Shown here: one piece after another, positions 1 through 8,500 of the stretch
Layout: each line of letters begins with the position of its first letter
Numbering within the stretch: position 1 is the stretch's first letter
Assembly: GCA_964393665.1 (NCBI GenBank)
Contig: CAYMVB010000077.1
Span: forward strand, 1 to 34,167
Length of the DNA: 34,167 bases
Direction: 5' to 3'
DNA from: an uncultured Desulfobacteraceae bacterium
GTDB taxonomy: Bacteria; Desulfobacterota; DSM-4660; Desulfatiglandales; B25-G16
The notes under the pieces: model-generated
What the model was told of the DNA's origin: nothing
Database searches by the model: none
Seen by the model: only the letters and a program-made list of their open reading frames with translations
Made by a program: the position numbers and the translations under genes

Positions 1-92
1 TTGAGCTTGATAAAATAACTGGCTTGTTGTGGTTTGGCGTATAAGATTTTCATTTCAAAATCCCCATAACAGACCAAAATATAAACCAGCAT
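1..92 (-). CDS. Probable N-terminus of a gene running off the window edge (MLVYILVCYGDFEMKILYAKPQQASYFIKL...); unknown product
   Basis: ATG at 92-90 overlaps the mtaD stop (TGATG). An in-frame second ATG at 53-51 follows GGGGA. The frame stays open to the window edge. Confidence 0.45.
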   Translation of the reverse strand, partial: MLVYILVCYGDFEMKILYAKPQQASYFIKL

Positions 93-1411
93 CAACCATT
101 CTTTACCCATTTTTTTACCATCTCAGACTTCTGCCGAGCTTTTTCCATTACATCTTCTATGTCTATGGTCAAAAGCCTTCTATTTTCCATGACAATGCGG
201 CCATGTATAACAGAGTCTTTAACATCATGGCCGTTTGCAGCATACACAATATGAGAATAAGGATTATACAGAGGCGTAAGGTGAGGTTTATTTAAATCAA
301 TGACAATAATGTCTGCCTTTTTACCCACTATCAAGGAACCAATCTTTTTTCCCAAACCAAGCACTTTGGCACCATGTATTGTTGCCATAGTAATAATAGT
401 CTTGGCATTCATAACCGTAGGGTCAAGCTTGTTTACCTTATGAAGTTTTGCAGCCATATCCATCTCACCAAACATATCAAGGTTATTGTTGGAGGCACAT
501 CCATCCGTACCGAGCCCTACGTTTATACCCCTGGCAATCATTTCAGGTACTGGCGCAATGCCTGAAGCGAGTTTCATGTTGCTTTCAGGATTATGAACGA
601 CATTCACGTTATTTTCCGATAACAATTCTATCTCTGATTCGTTTATATGGACGCAGTGATCTAAAATGAGATGGGGGCCTAAAAGCCCCAAATCCTTTAA
701 ATACTGGACAGGCCTTTTCCCAAATTTAGCTTCTACCTCTTTTACCTCATGCGTTGTCTCAGCCAAATGAAGTATTAATGGAACCCCTCTTTCAAGGGCT
801 AATTCATTAGCCCTTGATAAAAGATCTCCGCTGCAGGTAAATATAGAGTGTGGTTCCACCGCTATTTTGATGGTAGGATCATATTTCCATTTGTTTATTA
901 AGTTCTCCGTATATCTAAATCCATTCACTAAATCGCCGTAATTCGGTGATGGAAAATCATAAAGCACTTCACCGGCTATACATCTGATACCAGCCTCTTT
1001 GGCGGCCTTTACCACCTCTTCCTCAAATAAGTACATATCACAAAATGTCGTTGTGCCTGTCATTATCATCTCGGCGCATGCCAGCATCGTACCTGTCCTC
1101 ACAAAATCTTCATCCATACTTTTTTCAACAGGGAAAATATATCCGTTTAGCCATTCCATAAGTGGAAGATCGTCAGCTAAGCCTCTGAAAAGAGTCATAG
1201 CTGCATGGGTGTGACTATTGATAAGCCCGGGAAGTATGAGACCCCTCTGTGCATCTATCTTTTTTCCTGCCTGTACCGCTTCTTTATCCTTCTCCCCAAT
1301 ATAGCTTATTTTATCCCCTGTTATACATAAAAGGCCGTCTGGTATAACGGTATAATTTTCATCCATCGTTAGTATCATTCCATTGTGTATCAAAATATCA
1401 GCTTTAATCAT
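92..1411 (-). CDS. mtaD: Amidohydrolase, 5'-methylthioadenosine/S-adenosylhomocysteine (5'-deoxyadenosine) deaminase family
   Basis: PGLINSHTHAAM (HxH), RGLADDLPLMEWL, HLAET, HCVH, HNPESNMKLASG, LGTDGCASNNNLD motifs; adjacent to a nucleoside phosphorylase. Confidence 0.88.
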   Translation of the reverse strand: MIKADILIHNGMILTMDENYTVIPDGLLCITGDKISYIGEKDKEAVQAGKKIDAQRGLILPGLINSHTHAAMTLFRGLADDLPLMEWLNGYIFPVEKSMDEDFVRTGTMLACAEMIMTGTTTFCDMYLFEEEVVKAAKEAGIRCIAGEVLYDFPSPNYGDLVNGFRYTENLINKWKYDPTIKIAVEPHSIFTCSGDLLSRANELALERGVPLILHLAETTHEVKEVEAKFGKRPVQYLKDLGLLGPHLILDHCVHINESEIELLSENNVNVVHNPESNMKLASGIAPVPEMIARGINVGLGTDGCASNNNLDMFGEMDMAAKLHKVNKLDPTVMNAKTIITMATIHGAKVLGLGKKIGSLIVGKKADIIVIDLNKPHLTPLYNPYSHIVYAANGHDVKDSVIHGRIVMENRRLLTIDIEDVMEKARQKSEMVKKWVKNG

Positions 1412-1413
1412 AT

Positions 1414-2226
1414 TTATAGCCCTTTTATTATTGAGGCGAACAACCTTGCTAACTGAGAAGACGCTTTGCCAGCAGTGGACATTACCTCTTCAATGGATGT
1501 GTGATGCATACAATCCGGAATATTCACATTCGTTATAGCCAAAACAGCCAGTACCCTCAGGCCGGAATGAACTGCCTCTATAACCTCATTAACTGTTGAC
1601 ATGCCTATTGCATCACAGCCTATGTTTCTAAAAAACCTTGTCTCTGCCGGGGTCTCGAAACTTGGGCCTGTTATGCCGATATACACGCCACTGTTAATTT
1701 TGATCCCTTGCCGTATGGCATTTTCTCTTGCCAGCGATATGAGGCCCCTATCATAGGCTTGAGACATGTCTGGGAATCTCGATCCAGAGTCCTCTTCATT
1801 TCTGCCTATTAAGGGGTTATTTCCCGTTAAATTAATATGATCCAGCACGAGCATTAAATCACCTGGTTTGAACTGCGGATTCAACCCACCCGCAGCGCTT
1901 GAAATAAAAAGATATTGAATGCCCAGGGAGGCCATAACCCTTATTGGCAAGGTAATCTCAGTGATGGTGTATCCCTCATAAATATGAAATCTTCCATTCA
2001 TAACTATTATATTTTTCTCATTTACAGTGCCGTAGCGAAGCAGACCCCCATGCCCTGGAACCGTTGATTGTGGAAAGTCAGGTATATCTCTGTAAGAGAT
2101 CTCGCTTTGAATATCTATAAAATTCGCAACTGAATCAAGCCCTGTTCCTGTTATCATTCCAACAAGTGGTTTTTCCTTTATCCTCTCTTTTATAAAATCG
2201 ACAATACCGTATACATCTTTGATCAT
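1414..2226 (-). CDS. punA: Purine nucleoside phosphorylase, trimeric PNP-I/XapA type
   Basis: STVPGHGG, GRFHIYEGY, AAGGLN, DHIN, GPSFETPAE, GMSTVNE and ITN motifs. Confidence 0.88.
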   Translation of the reverse strand: MIKDVYGIVDFIKERIKEKPLVGMITGTGLDSVANFIDIQSEISYRDIPDFPQSTVPGHGGLLRYGTVNEKNIIVMNGRFHIYEGYTITEITLPIRVMASLGIQYLFISSAAGGLNPQFKPGDLMLVLDHINLTGNNPLIGRNEEDSGSRFPDMSQAYDRGLISLARENAIRQGIKINSGVYIGITGPSFETPAETRFFRNIGCDAIGMSTVNEVIEAVHSGLRVLAVLAITNVNIPDCMHHTSIEEVMSTAGKASSQLARLFASIIKGL

Positions 2227-2457
2227 GTATTTTTCCCAGCTATAGTTACGTTACTCGCTTATAAGAATCGTACATGCAGAACCTTTTATGCCCTTTTATG
2301 TTTTCGTCTTGTGTTCGCATAGAATATTTTTTCCCGTTGTTACTATCTATTTAAATGAGCGGGGCGTTAAAGTCAACACTGTTTGACGCCGCGAAATGAT
2401 ATAAAAAAGATAAAAAGGCAATTTATTACATGTAGGGTAGATAGTATTATTTTCTCC

Positions 2458-2486
2458 TTGACCCTCAGGCTATGTAAAATTACTAT
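2458..2486 (+). promoter_or_regulatory. Sigma70-type promoter for the plus-strand run starting at 2566
   Basis: TTGACC-17 nt-TACTAT, 79 nt upstream of the ATG at 2566. Confidence 0.6.
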
Positions 2487-2565
2487 GCATAGGCGCATTT
2501 TATTAGAATTATTATTATTACGGTAGGATTCTTATTCATCAATCTTAGATAAACGGTCTTTTTTT

Positions 2566-3564
2566 ATGTCTTCTTTACTAACAGATCTTTCGAAGCCGGA
2601 TAATCTCCCAGATGAAACAGCTCAGGTATCCGTCGTTCAGACACACATATCTTTTGTTTTTATAGCGGATGATTTTGTATATAAGGTAAAAAAGCCGGTA
2701 AACTTAGGTTTTTTAGATTTTTCTACATTAAAGAAAAGAAGGTACTATTGCCAACAGGAAATTATTTTAAATAGGCGGTTATCTGAAGGTGTTTACATAG
2801 ACGTATTGCCCATAAAACGTACGAGAAATACCTATATCATGGGAGAAGGGAAGGGCAGGGTTGTAGAATATGCGGTTAAGATGAGAAGGCTTCCCGATGA
2901 AATGCTTATGAAGTCTCTATTTATCAAAGGGAAACTTAAAGATGAGCATCTTAAAAAAGTTGCCATGGTACTCTCAGATTTTCATTCAACCGCTCGATAT
3001 TCAAATGAAATAAGTAACTATGGGAAGCCAGAGCTACTCAGGGTTAATACTGACGAAAATTTTGCACAAACAGAAAAATATATTGGAAGAACTATTAAAA
3101 AAAATGATTTTTCTTCTATTTTATCATGGACGGAAAATTATTATAAATCAAATACGGGGCTTTTTCTTGATAGAATTAAGCAAAAGAAAATACGTGACTG
3201 CCATGGTGATCTTCATATGGAGCATGTGTACCTCACAGAGGGCAGTCCTATAATTGATTGTATTGAGTTTAATGACAGATTCCGTTATACTGATATTATC
3301 TGTGATATCTCATTTCTTTTGATGGATCTCGAGTATCATGGTGCGTATGAATTCTCTAAAAAACTTTGGCAATTTTATAATGAGTCAGGGATTGAATCTG
3401 GGATAGAATCATTGGTCACATTTTATAAAGTTTACAGGGCTTATGTAAGGGGCAAGGTAAACAGCTTTCAGCTTGATGATGACCATATCGACGAAGAAAA
3501 AAAGGGGGAGGCTACAGAACTATCAAAAAAATATTTTGAACTAGCCAGATCATACATAGGTTAA
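2566..3564 (+). CDS. Aminoglycoside-phosphotransferase-like kinase (COG2187 type), stand-alone
   Basis: QTHISFVF, YKVKKPVNLGFLDFSTL, EYAVKMRR, DCHGDLH, DCIEFND, YRAYVRGKV motifs. Confidence 0.85.
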   Translation: MSSLLTDLSKPDNLPDETAQVSVVQTHISFVFIADDFVYKVKKPVNLGFLDFSTLKKRRYYCQQEIILNRRLSEGVYIDVLPIKRTRNTYIMGEGKGRVVEYAVKMRRLPDEMLMKSLFIKGKLKDEHLKKVAMVLSDFHSTARYSNEISNYGKPELLRVNTDENFAQTEKYIGRTIKKNDFSSILSWTENYYKSNTGLFLDRIKQKKIRDCHGDLHMEHVYLTEGSPIIDCIEFNDRFRYTDIICDISFLLMDLEYHGAYEFSKKLWQFYNESGIESGIESLVTFYKVYRAYVRGKVNSFQLDDDHIDEEKKGEATELSKKYFELARSYIG

Positions 3565-3646
3565 AGGAATGATTTAAAAAAAATATCGAAACGTAGACAG
3601 TACGATTATTACCTGCGTATGTTTTATTCACTCGTGCTTATTTATT

Positions 3647-4267
3647 TTGGAAAATCAGACGATTATGAGGGAAAATTTTTTAGATTTTATGCAAAGGGAA
3701 TTAAATCCAGATACCTTGCTTATTGCCTGCGGTCTGCCTGCTTCTTATAAAACAGAAACTACTGAGGTGATAGCTGAGTTAAAGGGTTTTGAAATATTAA
3801 GAACAGACATGATCAGGATTAATGTGTTGAAAAATGAGGATATTTTTGACGAAAAGGTAGCCTCTAATATGGAAAAAAGAGAACGTGTTTATGACGAAAT
3901 GTTTAAAAGGGCCGATGAGCTGGCAGCTAAACGTCACGGGCTGATCTTGGATGCCACCTTTATTACACAGTCTCTCAGAAACAGGGCCGCAAGCATAGCG
4001 GCAAAGTATGGCAAGGACTTTGTCATTCAGGAAACTACATGCCCAAGGGAGGTATCCTTACGCAGAATATCAAAGAGAACGAAAGAAAACTATGAATCAA
4101 ATGCACTTACTGAGCAGGCTTATTTAAATAACAAAAATAGATTTGAAGCAGTTCATTTAGATGAGCTTAAAGGCCTTTATCCCACGTTACATAGTATGCA
4201 TGTGATTGTGGATACAACATCAGATTTATCAGTTGAGTGGATCGTAATTGCTAAAGAAATAAGATAG
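3647..4267 (+). CDS. AAA_33/P-loop kinase (COG0645 type) with variant Walker A; start may be ATG 3665
   Basis: CGLPASYKT P-loop, RTDMIR, ILDATF, RISKR lid, ESNA; follows its usual COG2187 partner. Confidence 0.8.
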   Translation: MENQTIMRENFLDFMQRELNPDTLLIACGLPASYKTETTEVIAELKGFEILRTDMIRINVLKNEDIFDEKVASNMEKRERVYDEMFKRADELAAKRHGLILDATFITQSLRNRAASIAAKYGKDFVIQETTCPREVSLRRISKRTKENYESNALTEQAYLNNKNRFEAVHLDELKGLYPTLHSMHVIVDTTSDLSVEWIVIAKEIR

Positions 4268-4383
4268 ATTTCAGGATACAGGAAGCGGAACTAATTTGAA
4301 CGATAGGCGAGAGTTTTATAAGTATGATAACCAGTTGTGCTGCCATTTTTAATAATAAATAAGAAAAGATTGGTTAAAAAAAT

Positions 4384-5274
4384 ATGATGGTCCGGTTTAA
4401 ATCTGTAGGAATTATTTATAAACATGATTTTGAAGACGCGAGGCGTGAATGTCAAAGACTAAAGGCATGGTTTGAGACAATCGGCATGAACGTTTTTACA
4501 GAGGAGATGTCCTCAAAGGCCCTTCTAAGCCAATGTTTTGAAGAGGATACCAGTATTCCCGGAGATGTTGATTTTGTAGTTGTATTGGGTGGAGATGGCA
4601 CCCTGCTTGGAGCCGCACGGAAGATAGGAAGATACGGTATTCCCATTTTAGGTGTAAACCTAGGCGGTCTGGGCTTCATAACAGAGGTTTCATTAACCAA
4701 TCTCTACAAGGATATAAAAACAATTATAGAGGGTGAAAAATTACTATTTGAAAACAGGCTCATGCTTGAGGCAAGGGTTTTGAGAATGGGTCAGGAAAAA
4801 TGTGTATTTTCAGTACTCAATGATGTTGTTGTAAACAAGGCAGCCCTGGCAAGAATAATTGACCTGAGGGTCTCTATAAATGATACGTTTCTTACTACCT
4901 TCAAGGCAGATGGTCTTATTATTTCATCACCTACTGGGTCAACTGCATATAACCTATCGGCTGGAGGGCCTATACTTCACCCCAACTTAGAGGCATTGAT
5001 TTTAACCCCTATATGCCCATTTACACTGGCTCACAGACCTCTAATTCTTCCAGATACGGCAACTATTGAGATTACGGTCGGCCAAAACAGTGAGGAGGTT
5101 ACACTTACATTCGATGGTCAAGTTGGCTTCAATTTTATGCATAAGGACAGGTTATTTATTTCAAAATCAAACAAGAAATTAAAACTAATAAAATCCCCAA
5201 GCCAGGACTATTTTGAAATCTTAAGGACAAAGCTTAAGTGGGGGGAGTCCTCTTATAATAATGGAAACCAGTAG
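4384..5274 (+). CDS. nadK: NAD(+) kinase
   Basis: LGGDGTLL, GVNLGGLGF, LNDVVV, ADGLIISSPTGSTAYNLSAGGP, FDGQ, LRTKLKWG. Confidence 0.95.
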   Translation: MMVRFKSVGIIYKHDFEDARRECQRLKAWFETIGMNVFTEEMSSKALLSQCFEEDTSIPGDVDFVVVLGGDGTLLGAARKIGRYGIPILGVNLGGLGFITEVSLTNLYKDIKTIIEGEKLLFENRLMLEARVLRMGQEKCVFSVLNDVVVNKAALARIIDLRVSINDTFLTTFKADGLIISSPTGSTAYNLSAGGPILHPNLEALILTPICPFTLAHRPLILPDTATIEITVGQNSEEVTLTFDGQVGFNFMHKDRLFISKSNKKLKLIKSPSQDYFEILRTKLKWGESSYNNGNQ

Positions 5275-5485
5275 AATTATCGTATGCATACCGAAAGAAG
5301 ATATCTGTTATTTTCAATGGATAATTGAATCTTATGATGGCATGGCAAATATGAGCACTATTGATCCAGCAAAGGGAGAGGTGCAAATATCCGTAACCCC
5401 CGATTGTAAAGAAGAAATACTATCGCTTATCAAGTACCTTAAGGAGGAGGAAAGAATACATGTCGGCAAAGAAAGATTTATTTAG
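5261..5485 (+). CDS. Small DUF4911-like protein
   Basis: I.YFQWIIESYDGMA.MSTID pattern; overlaps the nadK end; GGGGGAG upstream. Confidence 0.65.
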   Translation: METSRIIVCIPKEDICYFQWIIESYDGMANMSTIDPAKGEVQISVTPDCKEEILSLIKYLKEEERIHVGKERFI

Positions 5486-5888
5486 AAGGCCTACGGGAGT
5501 TTTGGTAGTCGTTATTCTTACATTTTTATTGTTGGGCATGGGGTCATTTAACGAGGGTGCTATTGACAGTATTCCTGTGCCTGATGAAAATTTTTCGGCT
5601 AAAATCACTGATCAGCTTGATGCATCTTTTGATATTACTCACTTCAGCCTTGATGGCAAAACCCTTTTGTCAGGTAAACGTGGCGAAGGCACAGTTTCTA
5701 TTCCATGTGGTAATATCAATTCTATAGATTTTATTAAAAAAGGCAAGGATCTGTTTGCCTCTATACGTATAAAAAGTGGAGAAAGAATAGAACTAAAAAT
5801 CAATAATACTGCTACCATTTATGGTAAGCTTTCTTACGGATATTTTTCTATAAATATTGGTGAGGTAAAAAAAATAGTTATTAATTAA
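5460..5888 (+). CDS. Hypothetical exported or membrane-anchored beta-rich protein
   Basis: N-terminal hydrophobic stretch (VLVVVILTFLLLGMG); operonic position between DUF4911 and miaB. Confidence 0.65.
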   Translation: MSAKKDLFRRPTGVLVVVILTFLLLGMGSFNEGAIDSIPVPDENFSAKITDQLDASFDITHFSLDGKTLLSGKRGEGTVSIPCGNINSIDFIKKGKDLFASIRIKSGERIELKINNTATIYGKLSYGYFSINIGEVKKIVIN

Positions 5889-5910
5889 AACGCAAGAAAG
5901 GCTATGTGAT

Positions 5911-7233
5911 TTGGCCCATTCATTTTACATAAAAACCTTTGGCTGTCAGATGAATATGTACGATTCTGAGACCATGTGCAAGATTTTGCTCAATAAAGGT
6001 TATACGCAGGCAAGTAACCTAAATACTGCTGATATCATTCTTATTAATACATGTGCGGTCAGAGAAAAGGCTGAGGAAAAGGCGTTGAGTATTGTTGGCC
6101 GGCTGGCCGATTTAAAGAAAAAGAAGCCGGATATTATTACAGGTATACTTGGATGTGTGGCTCAGGAAAGGGGGTCAAATCTTTTTAAACGATTTCCTTT
6201 TCTTGACCTTATTTTAGGACCACGAAACATACATAGCATAGATACATTCATTTCTAAGGTAGAGGATGGCGGAGGCAGGGTTTTCTCTGCCGATCTGAGT
6301 GACAAGATGATGTCCTTTACCAAAAATAATGGCTATGTAAAGGGCAGGGCATCTAGCTTTTTAAAAATTATGGAGGGGTGTGATAATTTTTGCTCTTACT
6401 GCATTGTTCCTTTTGTAAGGGGAAGGGAGTTCAGCTTACCGGCCCGGGAGATTATTGCTGAGGCCGAAGATTTGATAAGCCAGGGTGTACAGGAACTTAC
6501 CCTCATAGGCCAAAATGTAAATTCATATAATGTTAAAAATAAAGCACGGCCAACATTTCCTGAGTTGCTTAAGAAACTCGATGAAATCAAAGGCCTGAAA
6601 AGACTGCGCTTTGTTACCTCTCACCCAAAGGATCTTTCCGATGACTTGATAGCATCTTTCGGTAGGCTCAGAAGCCTTTGCACGCATATTCATCTTCCTT
6701 TTCAATCCGGCTCAAATAAAATACTTAAACGTATGAACAGAGGCTATACAAGGGATAGCTATAGTGATTTGATAAGGGCTTTACGGGAGGTAAAACCCGA
6801 TATAGCGATTACGAGTGATGTTATCGTGGGCTTCCCTGGAGAAGATAGTCAGGATTTCGAGGACACGCTAAAACTGGTAGAAGATATACGATTTGACAAC
6901 CTTTTCTCTTTTAAATATTCACAAAGATCGGGAACCAGGGCAATACAGTTAAATAATAAAGTTGGAGATGAAGAAAAACAAAGGCGTTTATCAATACTTC
7001 AAGAAAGACAGAGGGAAATAACCCTGTCAAAAAACCAGGCACTTGAGGGTAAAATACTGGAAATTTTGGTAGAAGGGCCTGCTAAAAAAGGGTATAATTA
7101 CCTGGAGGGCAGAACATCAGGCAACAAGGTTGTTAATTTTCCTTCAGATATTAATGTAACAGGCCGATTAGTGAATGTAAAAATAAACAATGGCTTTCAA
7201 AATTCTCTCTTTGGTGAGTTAATCAAAAATTAA
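5911..7233 (+). CDS. miaB: tRNA-i6A37 methylthiotransferase MiaB (TTG start)
   Basis: TFGCQMN, NTCAVREKAE, LGCVAQ, radical SAM CDNFCSYC, TSHP, HLPFQSG, C-terminal TRAM domain. Confidence 0.93.
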   Translation: MAHSFYIKTFGCQMNMYDSETMCKILLNKGYTQASNLNTADIILINTCAVREKAEEKALSIVGRLADLKKKKPDIITGILGCVAQERGSNLFKRFPFLDLILGPRNIHSIDTFISKVEDGGGRVFSADLSDKMMSFTKNNGYVKGRASSFLKIMEGCDNFCSYCIVPFVRGREFSLPAREIIAEAEDLISQGVQELTLIGQNVNSYNVKNKARPTFPELLKKLDEIKGLKRLRFVTSHPKDLSDDLIASFGRLRSLCTHIHLPFQSGSNKILKRMNRGYTRDSYSDLIRALREVKPDIAITSDVIVGFPGEDSQDFEDTLKLVEDIRFDNLFSFKYSQRSGTRAIQLNNKVGDEEKQRRLSILQERQREITLSKNQALEGKILEILVEGPAKKGYNYLEGRTSGNKVVNFPSDINVTGRLVNVKINNGFQNSLFGELIKN

Positions 7234-7243
7234 TTAAAAAAGC

Positions 7244-8101
7244 ATGAAAAAAAATAACGAATACTCCAGGGAGCATATTTTAATCGTTGATGATGAGCCC
7301 GATATCCGTATGTCTTTAACCGATCTATTATCAGAAAGGGGTTTTACAACAGATATAGCTGAAAATGGAAAAGCCGCATTACATAAAATACGGAAAAATT
7401 TCTATACATTCCTTCTCACTGACATAACAATGCCAGAGCTCAATGGAATTGATTTGATAAAAACAGTTAAAAGGGAGAAATGTGAAATTAGCATAATAGC
7501 AATGACAGGCTATGACAAAAATTTTACCTATATGGATGTGGTGAATGCCGGAGCCAATGACTTCTTGATCAAACCCTTTAAGGTAGATGAAATTGAGGCG
7601 AAGATAAAAAGAATTATCATTGAGAGGGATATTAGGGAAAAATTAGCTAGATTATCAATAACAGATAGCCTCACAAGACTCTTTAACCAAAGACACTTTA
7701 ATTACAAACTCAAAGAAGAGGTCAAGAGGGCAAAACGCCAAAACCGGCCCTTATCGCTTGCACTTCTGGACCTGGATAATTTTAAGGAATATAATGATAA
7801 GCTTGGTCATCTTGAGGGAGACAACATGCTTTCAAGGGCTGGCAAGTTAATCCTTTCACATATAAGAGAAAATGTTGATGTTGCCTTCAGGTATGGGGGG
7901 GATGAGTTTGCCGTTATTTTAGTTGACGCGGACAGAAATACAGCAAACTATATACGAGATAGACTTGAAAAAGGCTTTGAAGATGGATGTGATGTAAAGG
8001 CAAGTATAGGCATTGCAACATACTCGAAGGAGATGGACGTAAAAGAATTTATAGCCCTTGCCGATACAAATTTATATAAGGCAAAGAAGGAGAAGAAATA
8101 A
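7244..8101 (+). CDS. Response regulator receiver-diguanylate cyclase (REC-GGDEF)
   Basis: ILIVDDE, LTDITMP (phosphoacceptor Asp), FLIKPF; TDSLTRLFN, DLDNFK.YND, GHLEGD, RYGGDEF, AD.NLYKAK. Confidence 0.92.
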   Translation: MKKNNEYSREHILIVDDEPDIRMSLTDLLSERGFTTDIAENGKAALHKIRKNFYTFLLTDITMPELNGIDLIKTVKREKCEISIIAMTGYDKNFTYMDVVNAGANDFLIKPFKVDEIEAKIKRIIIERDIREKLARLSITDSLTRLFNQRHFNYKLKEEVKRAKRQNRPLSLALLDLDNFKEYNDKLGHLEGDNMLSRAGKLILSHIRENVDVAFRYGGDEFAVILVDADRNTANYIRDRLEKGFEDGCDVKASIGIATYSKEMDVKEFIALADTNLYKAKKEKK

Positions 8102-8115
8102 ATGAGATACTAATT

Positions 8116-8143
8116 GTGTCTGATAATATATATTATGTAAACC
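8116..8143 (+). other. dif: dif site (XerC/XerD chromosome dimer resolution site)
   Basis: GTGTCTGATAA-TATATA-TTATGTAAACC has the 11-6-11 layout of dif (E. coli GGTGCGCATAA-TGTATA-TTATGTTAAAT). It is intergenic, and KOPS motifs and gene strand bias flip around it. Confidence 0.85.
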
Positions 8144-8186
8144 TTAAGAAAATATCTCATTTTATCTCTTTAAAATAAAAAATGGG

Positions 8187-8215
8187 TTGACTTTACTTGT
8201 TTTATATATGATTAT
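8187..8215 (+). promoter_or_regulatory. Possible sigma70 promoter for the bS22-like gene
   Basis: TTGACT-17 nt-GATTAT, about 40 nt upstream of ATG 8255. Confidence 0.4.
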
Positions 8216-8254
8216 GCCACGTCCCTGTTAAATTTTATGGAGGTTTCCAGTTAT

Positions 8255-8347
8255 ATGAGTAGCGTCGTAAAGAAAAGAAGAAAAAAAATAAAAAAACATA
8301 AGTATAGAAAACTTTTGAAATCAATGCGTCATAAAAATAAGACATAA
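8255..8347 (+). CDS. 30-aa basic protein, bS22/AURKAIP1/COX24 (DUF1713) small ribosomal protein family; absent from the ORF track
   Basis: Translates to MSSVVKKRRKKIKKHKYRKLLKSMRHKNKT*, matching the M.SV.KKRRK...K.K.RKLL pattern of bS22. GGAGG at 8239-8243; terminator directly downstream. Confidence 0.88.
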   Translation: MSSVVKKRRKKIKKHKYRKLLKSMRHKNKT

Positions 8348-8362
8348 GTCTATATAAAAAAT

Positions 8363-8387
8363 AAGGGAGGCTCTTAGAGTCTCCCTT
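8363..8387. terminator. Rho-independent terminator hairpin, probably bidirectional, between the bS22-like gene and hbd
   Basis: AAGGGAGGCTC-TTA-GAGTCTCCCTT stem with one G-T pair, A-tract on the left and GTTT on the right. Confidence 0.75.
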
Positions 8388-8431
8388 GTTTCTCAAAATA
8401 TAATTCTGTAAGTTTTTGAAATTTTCTCTTA

Positions 8432-8476
8432 ATGAACTCTCCCTGCAGCAGAGTTGCGAGGAATTCTTTCAATTAA
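8432..8476. repeat. Short imperfect GC-rich palindromic element (REP/PATE-like)
   Basis: ATGAACTCTCCCTGCAGC-AGA-GTTGCGAGGAATTCTTTCAATTAA forms an imperfect hairpin in an AT-rich spacer; single copy in the window. Confidence 0.4.
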
Positions 8477-8500
8477 AATAAATTGGAAGGATTGGAAATT

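Noticed and set aside
2358-2391. GC-rich imperfect hairpin in the divergent promoter region
   Set aside because: No recognisable riboswitch or ncRNA motif; it may only reflect back-to-back TTGAC elements
3565-3646. Possible frameshift joining the two kinase ORFs at the A-run near 3576-3583
   Set aside because: The first ORF stops at 3564, before the A-run, and the second frame has a stop at 3575-3577
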